Assembly: GCA_002269645.1 (NCBI GenBank)
Contig: NIVC01000566.1
Coordinates: forward strand, 1-64,000
DNA: 64,000 nucleotides
Source of the DNA: Macrostomum lignano
Taxonomy: Eukaryota
Direction: 5' to 3'
Numbering within the stretch: the stretch's first letter is position 1; every line of letters begins with the position of its first letter. Under the pieces are notes generated by a model. That model searched no databases. It was not told where the DNA came from and saw only the letters and a program-made list of their open reading frames with translations. The position numbers and the translations under genes are program-made. This document shows, one piece after another, positions 22,031 through 58,700 of the stretch.

Positions 22031-22346
22031 TTGCTCAGACAAAACATGTGCTAACTTTGAGTAGCCTTCTTGAGCACAGGTAAGAAAGAGCCGATTTAGT
22101 GCTGCGAATCTGCAATCTCGGCAATCCATATTTAAAAGCATTTACGATTCATTTTCTATCAGCGGTCCTTGCACAGCTGCTCAGCGCGGGACACATAGGT
22201 GCTCAAAACATCTGAGTGAAGCCGGGTCGGTGCAAGTCGGGTTTGTGCCACAGACAGCATACCTGGTCACCAGGTTGGCTCAATTAAGATAGCAAAGAGC
22301 AAGGCGCTTTGGCACAGGGGGAAACTGCTCCATCAGCTCCAGACCC

Positions 22347-44950
<22,604 letters not shown>

Positions 44951-46034
44951 GGTGATTCAAACTTTGAGACTTCTACTCTTAGGGACCAAAAATTAAAAAA
45001 AGAATCAAGATTTAGATACCCAATGACTGGGAGTACTGAGTCCACCATCCACGTCCACTTACTTCACAATTCACACAAATGTATACCCTTGAGTGATATG
45101 CCAAATTTTTATTTTAAAACAAGCACAAAGATTTAGAATTCATTTTCATTAAATGAACGCAAAAATAATATTCTATAAAGTACATATTTCGGCTCGATTT
45201 AATTATAAGGTTTTGATACAATATTTAATGACTTTTAATAATTATACCTTTCTTAACTTCGCCAAATGTTTCTTAGAAAATAAGAAATCCAAAATCTAAA
45301 AGACGCACAATAACAAATGTAGTTGTATTTAGGTACAAAGAGTTTTTTTATTATTATTGTTACATACACAGCCAATAAATTGCTAAAATATTTAAATATA
45401 TGTTATATTTTTGTAAATTTAAAGCAATTTTTTACTTTACAAATCACAAAATTTTAAAGCGCGAAAGACCACAAGTTTTATAAACTACTAAGTGCAGGTA
45501 GTCTAGTTATTTACTATATTGTATTTAACGTGTTGTAACGTATTCAATTCATTCTTTAGAAAACTTTTCGCTTCTTAAAAATGCATCAATACGTAGATTT
45601 TTAATAGGCCTACGGCCTTTATTTTTTACCTTTTATACGACACAACATCGCCATGACGTGACAAAGCTGATCTGTGGGCTGCAGCTCATGTTCTGGTTAG
45701 GCCTATGCCTATTATATTTTATATGCATATATAAGGTTTATTATATCTAAGGTATGGTCTGCTAGTGCCTGCCTGTTACTGCTAGTACTCAAAAACTACT
45801 AATTGCTAATATATTAATTTTCATTTGTAAATTTAGGCTAGCCAAGAGCAAGGCCTATTCAGACTGGTTTCAACCCACCTTGGCAAAGGAATTTTTGGCG
45901 AAAGTCAGTAGGCTAGGCTCCTAATGGCAAAAAATACTTTTGCAGTGACCATTTCACTGCAATGTCACTCGTCTTGCCAAACTGGTCATTTTCTTTTGCT
46001 GAAATGTACATCTATTATCTATATAAACCCCCAC

Positions 46035-49000
46035 CCATATTGCGGAAGGTGTAGCATACGCCGGAAGCATACACCGGAAAATTCCGGCGTACAAAAGGAT
46101 TAGCTGGCGTACAACTGGCGTACAAAAGGTCTAGCTGGCGTATAACTGGCGTACAAAAAATCTAGCTGGCATACAAATGGTATAACTGGCGTACAAGCAG
46201 GAAATACAACTTTGCAAGCGTAATACTTGGCATTGCATACAAGGCATTGAAGTGCGGAAAAAACCATTTGTAAAATACAATATAATAAACGATCCATAAA
46301 TGTGTTGCTATTTATTTTAAAATTTGACAATAAATTGGTTAAATTTGATAATATATTGAAAAAAATGTTTTACCGTTAGTAGTTAATTTTTTTTAATCAA
46401 TAATTTGCTTACATTGTGTTTTACTATACCAGTCAAAGCTATTTTTTTCAAATGAGATGGCCGAACTTTTTTATCTGTGCATTACAGGGTCGTTCTCAAA
46501 GCTAGGTCACAACTTTTTGTTATTGCAAAAAAAGTTTATACATTGACCAATAATCGTACAAAAAAATTCTTTTGACAATTTCTGTAAGAAGCTGCTACTA
46601 AAACCACAAGAAAACTTGAAATTGAGAAGAAATCAAGGCTATTTGTTATTCTTTGTTGCGGAAAATAAACGACAAAAATATTAAAAAGAAAATAAAATTT
46701 TCTTCCATTTTTATTTTTAATATGCAGTTAAATTTCTTTTGCAAAAATAAAAGAACAAGAAATTGACAAAGGAAATGTTTTTGAGCACGGCATTTTGTTA
46801 CTCTGCTCTAAATCCCAGACATTTAAAATTATCGTGTGCGAAAAAGTGCGAAATTATTATAGCATGCACTCGAAAGAACATCGATCAGTTTAACTAATCA
46901 CTGAATTGAGAAGTCTAAATAAGTCTTGAAAGGTTGAATTAAAAATCAAGTTTTCACTATGTATCTTTTCAAAGGCAAGATGATTCGACAAATAAAGAAT
47001 GTTCATTTTTACCTTGAATAGAATTGTTCATTTTTACATTAAATATAATAAAATCTAACTAATAATAGAAAAAGTCAGGGAACTATCCTTGAACACCAAA
47101 AAGCACATTGTGGATTTAATATCGACTGCATGTTCCTTAATAAAGGAATTCAGATACTAGTATATATTTGATTATTTGTAGCATAATTTCTGAAAACTAT
47201 AACTTGCTTGATTTTACTTTAAGTACTCATTACATTAATACTTATACCAAAGCTACATGTACTTAAAATAAAAAATCATAGTTACTTATTAGACATTTTA
47301 CTCCAATTAACTTAAAATAATTCAAATTTATTTTAATTAATTCATTTTTTGAAACTTTTTGGAAAATAGACAAAATTGAATTATTTAATTACCAAAAACC
47401 TACTAGCTTAACTAAAATAGCAATTAGTCTTTAAGAAAAGATTTCACTTGTTAATTGAGAAAAATGAGGATGTGCGAGGTGTAAAAATGCGAAAGAGCAT
47501 GCAGGAAACAGAGACAAACAAAAATGTAGGTAAAAGACACTGCACATGCACATTAAATGATAACCAGACATAATGCGCACACTGAAACACCAGTAGCAAT
47601 GACGCCCAAGCTTTTGATGATCACAAGCGAAAAGGCAAAACCCAGCCATCAATCAAAGAAGTAGACTATAGCACGCATCTTGAGTGCATCACGCATTTTT
47701 TGCAGAGAAGCTCGAAAATTAACATTGTATTCTGTGCACAACCACCAACTGCGACAGGGTCTGCCGGGGGATTTGTGGGCACGCGGTCGCGGATACAAAT
47801 CGGAGGAGTCGCTGACCATTCTGAAATTACTAGCTAGTACATGTAATTTTGTGTATTAATATATTTAGCCCGCTTTATTTCTATGCTCTCGTCTGCCTCT
47901 CGTTAATGCATCCCCAGAGTCATGCAATAATCAAACTTATGATCGAACTATGCATGGCTTCCGTCCCTCGCTTTGAATCTCTCACCTCCCCATAGTTCCA
48001 TCAACCTTACCGTAGTGGCTTCCTATGCAAAAATCATCCCTCCGCATCTTACACAGGCTACTTCAGGCTGTAGACTGTACTACACTATTAATTAGTTGCG
48101 CTAAGGAATCTACATGTATTTGCTCGCAGCGCAGCGCGCTGCTCAAAGAAGTTTAGATCTGTCTAGATATTCTAGTAATTTCAGGTTTGTCCATAGACTA
48201 GAGCTCATGAGATGAGAATTCCATTAACTAGTACGTTTAATGTGAATGAACTGCGTGTGTGTGTGCTGTGCATACATATGTATAATATTCGAGTAGTTTA
48301 TGGGCCAAATTATTGTGTGGCACAATTCTTGGCATCACTCAGCAGGCACAAGATGCAGTTAAGCAGCGCACGAAAATTCTACAAAAGAAATTGAGCCTGG
48401 TTGAGGTGATGCGAGGAGGCAGATCCACACAATCTCAGTGAATACACCAGACTGCACCAGATACGAGTCCAGTCGAATGTGCGCACTGGTCTAAGCAGCA
48501 CACGCATGTCCTCCTGACAATGACGGCACCTAGCTTCGTCCAAGCCTTTGCCAGCGTCACTGACAGCGTCAATACTACCATGCAGTGCCACCTGCAGCAC
48601 CGACAACGGCAATTCCTCCAGTTAGCCCACAACAGTGGCTAAACTGAGGGACAGGGAACCTACCCGCAGAAGACACACACATACACACACAGCACCGGCA
48701 GCAGCACTCTGACAGCATAACCTAAAGCTCCATGAGCTCAGTTTTCAAGCATTGAAGAAGCAGAAGCAGTCATCTTGAATCCAGGGATCAGGAAGAGTGT
48801 TGCATGTCCGACATGTGCTGTTTCCGTGGCAAAAGGTGATGGAGCAAATTAATCAACACTTACTATCTAGCTCGTATTAAGACTAAAAAACTGAGGCAAG
48901 CTGGAATTAAACCAAAGAAAATTTTTTACTATACTTTTTTACCATATACTTTTACTATACTTCTATAGTATAGTAGAGAGGTACTCTATTTAAATGCAGT

Positions 49001-50599
49001 AAGAAGTGAAACAAATTTATATATTTAATTATTAAATTAAATTAATTCAAGGTAAATAACTAATTTAACCAATTTATTAGGAGTATTTAATATTATAATA
49101 AATTGATTTTTATACCTTACACGAAATAAGCTCTACATTCATTTCTTAGCTTGGGGCCCATCTGTATAAGGTCAGTTTCTTCAAAATGCTGATTAATTAA
49201 TTAAGGCCTGTTGTCTTTACTTAAATTTATAAGGGCATCTTAGAAGTTAATATTACTATATAATACATGTATAATATTATTACTATATTATAATAATATA
49301 GTTGCAATTTTAATGACTATTGAATAAGTCTAAATGCTTCCCCTATTGACTCTAAATACATGGTGTCTTTCCCTTCAGAAAAAATTAGCATAGAATGACT
49401 TGATGAAAACAAAAAAAATCATTTCGAGATACACATTTGCTGATCATTCAGGTCAAATTTCAAGGTCCAGTTTTGCACATGTTTCTCTGTAGCTTGGTTA
49501 CAAGGATTCTAATAAAAATATAATAAATATGTCCAATGAACTAACTGATACATAGCCAAATTGAAGTATTTTCAAAAACAAAAAAAATCATTTGCTCAGT
49601 TTACTTTACTGGATATCTGTGTAAAATTTCAGCTCAAAAGGTGCTCCATGGAGAATGCTAGTGTGGTTACAGGATATTTATTTTGTGCTTCAAAGTAGGA
49701 GTTTATTGCGATGCATGGTTGCTTTTAATTATTTTTATCAACAATAGTGCTCTATTTCATAACAATTTTTTACAAAAAGATAATAAGACATGTTTTTCTA
49801 ATTATCTGCATCAAAATGTATCATTTTAAGCGCACATTCTAGACGTCAGCTGAAAAATACATTTTGTGAGACGCAAAGAGGCTATCCCACCGGAAATGCT
49901 AGGCGTACAGTTAAGCGTCTATAAAATCATTTATAGTGCAGTTTATTAAGCTTTAAAAAAAATCTTAAATTAAATTTATATAAGCTTTCATTTTAAATGT
50001 AATATAACAAGTTTTCAACACAACAACAACTTTTTTTAGCTACAGACATCATAGTGTCAAAAATTAGGACATCGGTGAAGTAGTTGAATTTGAATTTTTT
50101 CATCACCTAATATCGCCTAATACCGCAAGACAACTTAAAACACTTTTGCAACATAAATTTCAACCCAAAAATTATCTTTATTCACAGATGAAAGTGTCCT
50201 ATTATTTTAAATACGGCAGTAACAATAGTAAAGGTTCCGAAAATTGTTAAAATTTTCGCTCCTCCCAGAATTTGAGAACGACCCTACAGCATTACTATTG
50301 TCTATATGCGAATATTGCGCTGCTTGTTCACACAATTTAATTATATTTTGCTTTTTCAAATTTCTTTGCTTTTGCTTTTACAATACTGCTGTGGCTGTGC
50401 CTGTAACAAGTAATCATATCGTTTAGTTTAGTATAGTGCTTCGTTTAGAAGACCATGGATGACATGCACAGTTTTAGAAGGCCTGTGGAATACTGGCGTA
50501 CACATTACTGGTACACTTTACTAGCATATTTTACTGGCGTATACTTTATCAGCTAGCCAAATACTTTCCGGCGTACACAAGACACGATCCGCAATATGG
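46035..50599. mobile_element. 4.6-kb TIR DNA transposon (non-autonomous), 8-bp TSD
   Basis: TIR CCATATTGCGGA (46035-46046) / TCCGCAATATGG (50588-50599), extended by tacgccggaa / ttccggcgta. Identical flanks ACCCCCAC at 46027-46034 and 50600-50607. Subterminal ctggcgtac repeats at both ends. Confidence 0.85.
46487..50284. mobile_element. Nested 3.8-kb TIR element with apparent 4-bp TSD (TACA)
   Basis: GGGTCGTTCTCAAA (46487-46500) / TTTGAGAACGACCC (50271-50284), flanked by TACA on both sides. No transposase ORF recognised inside. Confidence 0.75.
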
Positions 50600-51546
50600 A
50601 CCCCCACTCCTGAATCTGGTGTATATCTTACATATACACCAGAAAAATTGTGACATACAATGGATAGGGACTTCAGTAAGATTTTGAAAGTTTATATTTT
50701 TATTATTTTTATTTTTAGCTAGATAGATATAAGTGACAGAAGTCCAAAATGGCCTTATTTGTTAAATTTGGTTGAGGAAAAAAGGTGTTCAATTTTAATG
50801 AAAAAATATTTTGTGTTTTCATATGGGAAACTTACATTAAAAAAAATTAAGACTGATCATTTTGACCAAAAGAGTGATTTTTTGTATTCTTTAATGCTGT
50901 AACTTTTTTGTTGCACCAAATTTTATATCAATGGTATCATTTTTTGCAAATTTCTTCCTTTAGTATATTTTGTTATATTATGCTATCATTCTAGTTGCAC
51001 AGGTAACTTGTCAGCTTGAAGGTTTTATAGTAAATTACATAAATTTTGCTTATGTCAATATGTTTATATATGTTACTAAATGAGTATCTAACTGGTATTA
51101 TGGTTAATTTTTTGTTTTATGCTTGTATGTTAGCAAGTTTCTATAATGTTATAGAACTGCTTTAATGTTAGTAATTCCATCATTATATAATATAGTATAT
51201 GGGAGCATTTAGGTATTGATTTTAGTTGATTTAGGCCACTCTAGGCTTTAGCTACTGATTTTAGCGTTTATGTCTATTAAGGACTTAAGTCAATAGCTGA
51301 ATAAGTTGTAGCCCCATGCAGCCCCATAACTTGCAGCCCCATATAGCAGACAGTAGGCTCTGCTAAAGTGCAAGTTGCCCAAAAGTTCATTTATTAATAT
51401 TGTGCATGATTGCAGCTCCATACAGCAGACAGTAGGCTCTGCTAAAGTGCAAGTTGTCATCAGTTTGGTACCAGCTGCAGGGTGCCACACTACATTCAGC
51501 TGGATATTTCTAGTGATTTGTTACTTCTAACAGCACAGAAGCAAGC

Positions 51547-52753
51547 ATGGAGCTCAGATTTTCACTTCAACCAAGGCCACTACTGTTGCTAGCACAGCTG
51601 CTCTTGCTGAGCTTGAGTCCTGAGCTCGCCTCAGCCAGCCAGAAGTACTCAGTTGAGCCCATCGGCTCGGGCTTCTTCAAGGAGCAGCAGCCGCAGCTTC
51701 GCCAGCAGCCAGTTGGCGGCCCAGACTCCCGCGAGTTCGTCATCACCAGTCTGGCTAAGAACCCCCGGGTCCGGCTGGACTCTGGCCCGTTCTCAGCCAC
51801 CCACTACGTGCAGAGCAACCTGCACAATCAGCTGTCCGCCATCAATCTCACTCATGTGAATTTTCAACCGTCTGTGCACTTCATCAGCTCGCACCTCGAG
51901 CCGCCAGAGGGTTCGAGATCGCACACGGCTCTGTACCTGCTGGCTCATATCGACCCGACGCCCGAGCCCGCCAGGTTGAATCGCAACGCCAGGGTGTGCT
52001 TCGAGGTTCACGTGCGAGCTCAGGCGGACGGTAAAACTGAGGTCAGGCTGGCTGCTTTTTAGGGTAGACTTTGGGTAGCAGTCTGCTTAGATGCTGGCTG
52101 GAGATTTTCTTTTGAATGGAGCGAAGTTTGCTTGAGGGAAGTTGATACATGAACACTCCAAGCCCCTAAGTAGAGTGAGGCACAACCGCCCTAAGAAGTG
52201 TGAGACATTCGCCCTAAAGAGGTGAGAACCGCCCTAAGAAGGGTGAGACGTTTGCCCTAAGGAGGGAGAGACATTCGCAATAAGGAGGGTGAGACATTCG
52301 CATTAAGGAGGGTGACATTCGCCCTAAGGAGGGTGGAACATTCGCCCTAAGGAGATAATTGGTTCTATCCTTCATGCAAAATATTGGAAACATCAATTTT
52401 TGTAAATTACTTTAGCATGAAATTATTCACCTATCAACCAGGTGGGCTATTGCTCCATACCTGTCGGCCGGCACGAGTGCGTCGTCACGGTCATACTGAA
52501 GGCGGGCCTGGCCCACCAATACACCGGGTCGGTCTCGCGAGTAGAGGCCACCTACAATGCCTATCTGAGCCTGCAGGGCGCCAACACCCGCTGCTACATG
52601 TCCGACCACTCCGCCATACGACTGCACGAGGAGGCGCGCAGCGTGCCGGGCAGCCTGCCTGTGGTGTCGGCTAAGCAGGTGGAGCGCGAGATCGATAACG
52701 ACCTGCGAGTTGTCTACCGGGAGCAGCGGCTGAAGCAGGGCAACGATCTGCAG
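51547..52753 (+). CDS. TMEM132: TMEM132 exons 1-2 (51547-52041, 52442-52753)
   Basis: Signal peptide MELRF...LLLLAQLLLLSLSPELASA; donor GAG|gtcagg, acceptor caaccag|GTG. Confidence 0.85.
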
Positions 52754-55700
52754 GTATTTTATTAGCATTACTAGTCACCATCTGTTTTGGGGGATCCTCA
52801 TCCCGCATCTGTCGGTTGTCAGGGCTCTCCCAGATCCTCAGTTGCTGGGCCAGCCTCCCAGATCCTCAGTTGCTAGGCCTGCCTCCCAGATCCTCAGTTG
52901 CTAGGCCTGCCTCCCAGATCCTCAGTTGCTGGGCTAGCCTCCCAGATCCTCAGTTGCTGGGCCAGCCTCCCAGATCCTCAGTTGCTAGGCCTGCCTCCCA
53001 GATCCTCAGTTGCTGGGCCAGCCTCCCAGATCCTCAGTTGCTGGGCCAGCCTCCCAGATCCTCAGTTGCAGGACCAGCCTCCCAGATCCCCAGTTGCTAG
53101 GCCAGCCTCCCAGATCCTCAGTTGCTGGGCCAGCCTCCCAGATCCTCAGTTGCTGGGCCAGCCTCCCAGATCCTCAGTTGCTAGGCCTGCCTCCCAGATC
53201 CTCAGTTGCTAGGCCTGCCTCCCAGATCCTCAGTTGCTGGGCTAGCCTCCCAGATCCTCAGTTGCTGGGCCAGCCTCCCAGATCCTCAGTTGCTGGGCCA
53301 GCCTCCCAGATCCTCAGTTGCTGGGCCAGCCTCCCAGATCCTCAGTTGCAGGACCAGCCTCCCAGATCCCCAGTTGCTAGGCCAGCCTACCAGATCCTCA
53401 GTTGCTGGGCCAGCCTCCCAGATCCTCAGTTGCAGGACCAGCCTCCCAGATCCCCAGTTGCTAGGCCAGCCTACCAGATCCTCAGTTGCTAGGCCAGCCT
53501 CCCAGATCCCCAGTTGCTGGGTCAGCCTCCCAGATCCCCAGTTGCTAGGCCAGCCTACCAGATCCTCAGTTGCTAGGCCAGCCTCCCAGATCCCCAGTTG
53601 CTGGGTCAGCCTCCCAGATCCCCAGTTGCTAGGCCAGCCTCCCAGATCCTCAGTTGCTGGGCCAGCCTCCCAGATCCTCAGTTGCTGGGCCAGCCTCTCA
53701 GATCCTCAGTTGCTGGGCCAGTTTCCAGATCCTCAGGTTTTGAACTACCTCGTCTGGATACCTAAAACCTCGGTGCTACTCGGTTCTCAGTTGCTGGGCC
53801 AGCCTCTCAGATCCTCAGTTGCTAGGCCAGCCTACCAGATCCTCAGTTGCTGGGCCAGCCTCCTAGATCCCCAGTTGCTGGGCCAGCCTCCCAGATCCTC
53901 AGTTGCTAGGCCAGCCTCCCAGATCCCCAGTTGCTAGGCCAGCCTCCCAGATCCCTCAGAGAACAAGTATTGAAATTTTCTAGCTTCCTACCATTTGATT
54001 TCTGTTGACCTTGAAATTATTTTGCTTAAATGCTCAAATCGCCTTGCAGGTGGACGTCCTGGTGAAGGAGTTCTCCAAGATCGTCACCTTCAACCTGGAA
54101 GTTCAAATCGAGCCGCCCGGCGCGGCCGCCGTGTTCGACCACGTGCTGCTGAGCCAGCGCCAGAACTGGATCACCCGCTGGTCCATCGCCGACGGCAATC
54201 GCAGCCTGAGCGTCAATGGCACAATTAGCAACGAGTATTACAACGCCAAGCTGTCTACAAAGAGTCTAATCTGCACAGTCTTTGTCCGAGCCCTGGCCGG
54301 CGCGGCGGACGCGGCCGCATTCGCGTCGGATCGGGTCCGCCTGCGCTGGTACGTCAAGAAGACCAGCGAGCGGGGCGGCAACTGGGTCAACAGGCTCGCT
54401 GACGAGCGGGCGGCCATCGGCACCGAGCACCGGCTGTACGATGGCGTCCGCGGCCTGGTGGCGGTGTACAAGGAGGCCGACCTGCTCAACCTGGCCGCCA
54501 TCTCCGGCGAGTTCGCGCGCAGCCAGCTGTGGCTCTACGCTGTCAACGACGCTCTGGTACCGGAGCGAATCCACACGGCCAACTGCTACCACAGCAAGGA
54601 GGAGGTCATCAAGGTGGGCAAGCGCTGCGAGTACGTGTACTTCAATGGCACCGAGCGGTCCGGCGGCGACGGCGCCACCATCACCGCCAAGTGGCGCTCG
54701 CACACGGCCGAGTTCGCATTCAATGTGTACTATCCGGTGTTCCCGCTGCGGGTCACCCTCACCGACTCCGAGCTGCAGCGCATTCGCGGCTGGCGAGTCC
54801 CCCGGCTGTCTCTGGCGTCTGGCGCCGGCGGAGGGTACGCCTACCTGCGCTCGGCGCCGCGCCAGCCGTCATCCTCAGTGCTGCGACGCAGTCGGCGCTT
54901 CGGTCGACGAGCCGGCCGGCGACGCGGTGGAGGCGGAGTTCATTGCCGGAAGAAGTTTCAGGATGCCAGGGTGCAGGTAAGCGAGGCTTTTTAATCGGCT
55001 GTCGCAACCCTCCAGCGGGTTGCCGCCCCACTGCCACCCTCCAGCGGGTTGCCGCCTCCCCACTGCCACCCTCCAGCGGGTTGCCGCCTCCCCACTGCCA
55101 CCCTCCAGCGGGTTGCCGCCTCCCCACTGCCACCCTCCAGCGGGTTGCCGCCTCCCCACTGCCACCCTCCAGTGGGTTGCCGCCTCCCCACTGCCACCCT
55201 CCAGCGGGTTGCCGCCTCCCCACTGCCACCCTCCAGCGGGTTGCCGCCTCCCCACTGCCACCCTTCAGCGGGCTGCCGCCTCTCCACCTGTACTGGAGAC
55301 GGAGCTCCTGCAAGCTGTCAATCATCACCCCCGTCCGCAGGTGTTCACTCGGTTCATTATGCGCAGCCAGAAGGCAGGCGGCGCCCTGCTGTCAATACCG
55401 AAATTCAGCGGCGGCGCGGCTGCCCCAGCCGCTTCCTCAGTTTCGTCGATGTTTGCCGACACCCCGGCCGAGCTGCCCGACCAGCACCAGCAACTGCTTG
55501 ACGTCACCCACTTTGCAGTCGGCCGCCTGACCGTCAGCGACTCCCGTGTCGCCGCCCTGAAAGGCAGCACCCTGGAAGGCGTTGGTCGCGGCCGCGCCTT
55601 GGTGTCCGTGGCGGAGCCGCGCCGCGGCAATGCCAGCCTGTCTGTCGGCACGGGCGGCAGCGTCCGCATCGACAGCGTGGAGGCGCACTTTGTCACCAAC

Positions 55701-58700
55701 CTGTCCGTGCTGCTGATCGGCGACCAGCTCATGGGCCGCTACCTCACCGCTCATATCAGCAGAAATTTCGAGCGCTACAACCAGTCTGGCTACGTTCGCA
55801 TTGTTGTCAGATTCACCGACGGCACTGAAGCAGCTGTGGAGGATATTGATCCCGACTACATCACTGTGCAGGTGCGTTGATTGCTGTCATACACTGGGGC
55901 GCCAATTCCAGACACAGAGTGTGAATGCCTGACAAATACTCATGGCCGCTGTACACCCCGATTCCCGGCAACGGCTAATTTGTTAAACTCACCCCCCCCC
56001 CACCCCTGCCCTCCAGGTCGTCAGCTACAATGCCTCGGCGCTTCGCCCGCTGGACCGCAGCCTCCGCACCAACTGGCCAATATTCCATGCCATTGCCGAG
56101 GCGCCCGACAGCGCCCTCGTCACTGTTCGCCTGCTGCAGAGCGACTTCTGCGGCGGCGGCGGCAGCCGAGGCAGCGGCCGGCCTTTGTTGAAGCCGCCAG
56201 CCTCGTCGCTGGTAGAAGTCCGCGGCCGCATCAAGTTCCCTAGCCGCCGCGACAGTCCAGCGTCGCCGTCATCGACATCGTCCGGTTCGTCGAATTCTCC
56301 GCAGCAGCCGTCGCCGCCTCAGTCGCCGCCAACTCTACGCTCCGGGGCGGGCGACGTTGCCGCTGCTGGCGACGGCCGGCAGGCACCCAACCTGAACCTT
56401 GACTCGATCCTGGCGTCCCCATCCGACTACCACCAGCTGTTTCCAGGCGACGCCTCCGCCTCGGCGGGCTCTTCGGGCGGCACCGGTTACAGGTCGAGCA
56501 GGAACGGCTACGGCGGGCAGCAGCCGCCCGACTCCGGCGGCAAGGACGACGGCCTGAGCTTCGGCGGCGGCTCGCGGTCTGCCTCCTCCGCCGGCGGAGT
56601 CAGCGGTGGCAAGCCGAGGCCGACAGCTCGCCGATCGCCCTTCCAAATCGGCATGTTTGTGCTGCTGGCCATCTTCTGCCTGGCCGTGATGGTCTTCTTT
56701 GTCAACTTTGCCGTCATGTGCGCCAGGTGGGTTCTGATTTCGATCCAACTGCCTTCTGGTTAGGAATTCCCCCACTATAGGTAGGAATTCCCAACTGTAG
56801 CTAGGAATTCCCCCACTATAGCTAGGAATTCCCTCACTGTAGCTAAGAATTCCCCCACTATAGCTAGGAATTCCCTCACTGTAGCTAGGAATTCCCCCAC
56901 TATAGCTAGGAATTCCCTCACTGTAGCTAGGAATTCCCCCACTATAGCTAGGAATTCCCTCACTGTAGCTAGGAATTCCCCCACTATAGCTAGAAATTCC
57001 CTCACTGTAGCTAGGAATTCCCCCACTATAGCTAGAAATTCCCTGACTATAGCTAGGAATTCCCCCACTTTAGCTAGGAATTTCCCAACTGTAGCTAGGA
57101 ATTCCCCAACTGTAGCTAGGAATTCCCTTGCTGTAGCTAGGAATTCCCCCACTGTAGCTAGGAATTCCCCCACTTTAGCTAGGAATTCCCTATTATAGCT
57201 AAAAATTCCCCTAAAAATTAGAAATTCCCCCATTATGGCTAAAAATTCCCCGTGCTAGTTCATCACCCCCTCCCTCCTCTCTGCCAGCGAGTAGCTCTAT
57301 CCTTCATCACTACCGTGTTGCCATGCAGATACCGGAAGCACCGCAGACTCCCCAGCGCCGATTCAAGCGACGCCGCGCATCGCCAGCAGCAGCCGGCGGC
57401 TGAGCATCAGCAGCAGCAGTTTCAGCATCTGCTTCAGCAGCAGTCGCCGCTGCCTCTGCACGGCAGCAGCCTGCAGTCAATGCAGTCGCCCTCCCTGCTG
57501 CTGCAGTCCGGAGAGCGCAGGTCTCCGCCTTCGTCTGTCGGCGCCTTCCAGCAGCAGCAGCGCCGAGGCCCGCTGCAGCCTGGCGAAGAGGAATACACAG
57601 ACAACAACTGGGTGTGGGTGGGCCTGGACACCCTGCAGGACAAGAAGCTGTGCAGGGACGATGGCACCATCTATCGGCACACGAAGTTCATCCAGCCCGT
57701 CAGATCCGCCCTCACCGCCGCCGCCGCTGTCCCGCCGACTTCGTCTGCAGCCTCTTCTGGCCTGGCGCCGCAGAGCCCTACGGATTCCACCAGTCACCTC
57801 ACCACGTTTGGCCGGCAGGGCGGCCCCGCGACTGCTACCGTGGCTTCTCCGGGAGCGTCGGTGGCCGCCGCTGCCGGCACCACTTATCAGGGCCAGGAGT
57901 GCTCCATTCGCATTGTGGCCAATCCGCTGGAGAGCCTGCAGCCCGCCAGGCTGACACCGCGGCTGGGCACCTCGTCTATGCTGGGGTAGGCTGCCTGTCT
58001 GCTGCGGTGTCATCGGCTGTTGTGTTAATTATAGGGCTCAAAAGTGCTCAAACTGGATCTGGGAACACGGCCGCTGTCCCCATAGATCCCCCAGTCAGGC
58101 TGTTCTTGTCCCCAATGGAACCCCCTTAGTCAGGCTGTTCCTGTCCCCCATGGACCCCCTAGTCAGGCTGTTGCTGTCCCCCATGAACCCCCAGTCAGGC
58201 TGTTCCTGTCCCCCATGGACCCCCCTAGTCAGGCTGTTCCTGTCCCCCATGGACCCCCTAGTCAGGCTGTTGCTGTGCCCCATGGACCCCCCCAGTCAGA
58301 CTGTTCCTGTACCCCATGGACCCCCTAGTCAGGCCGCTGCTGCCCCCCATAGACCCCCCAGTCAGGCCGCTGCCCCCCTAGACTTTTGGGACTGTAAAAC
58401 CTGCTGTGCTCATATTAGACAATTAAATAATTTTTCCCACAATAAATCATATCTGCAGCAGCCGTCAGCACTCCCTGGCCACTGACGGCTCCCTGCCGCG
58501 GCCGCCGATGCGCACCAGCAGTCGCCGTCTGAGTCCGGGAGCCGCTGCACCGCCGTCATCGTCCATGTCGCCCTCGCCGGTACCGGCTTTGAACCCGTGC
58601 GCCACTCCGCGCTTCTCGCGCCAGCTGCCGCCGCCCTATTCGGCTTCGTCGTCGTCTTCGGCTGCCGGGATTCGAACCGGGGACCTTAGCTGGAGTCAGA

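Noticed and set aside
21187-22141. MSACGAK-repeat and GGACPP-repeat ORFs
   Set aside because: Minisatellite translations inside a non-autonomous TIR element.
52816-53937. Overlapping LLGQPPRSSVA-repeat ORFs
   Set aside because: Intronic 28-bp minisatellite; TMEM132 exons 2 and 3 join in phase without it.
54238-55530. Long alternative-frame and antisense ORFs over TMEM132 exons
   Set aside because: Expected by-product of high GC content; the main frame carries the conserved motifs.
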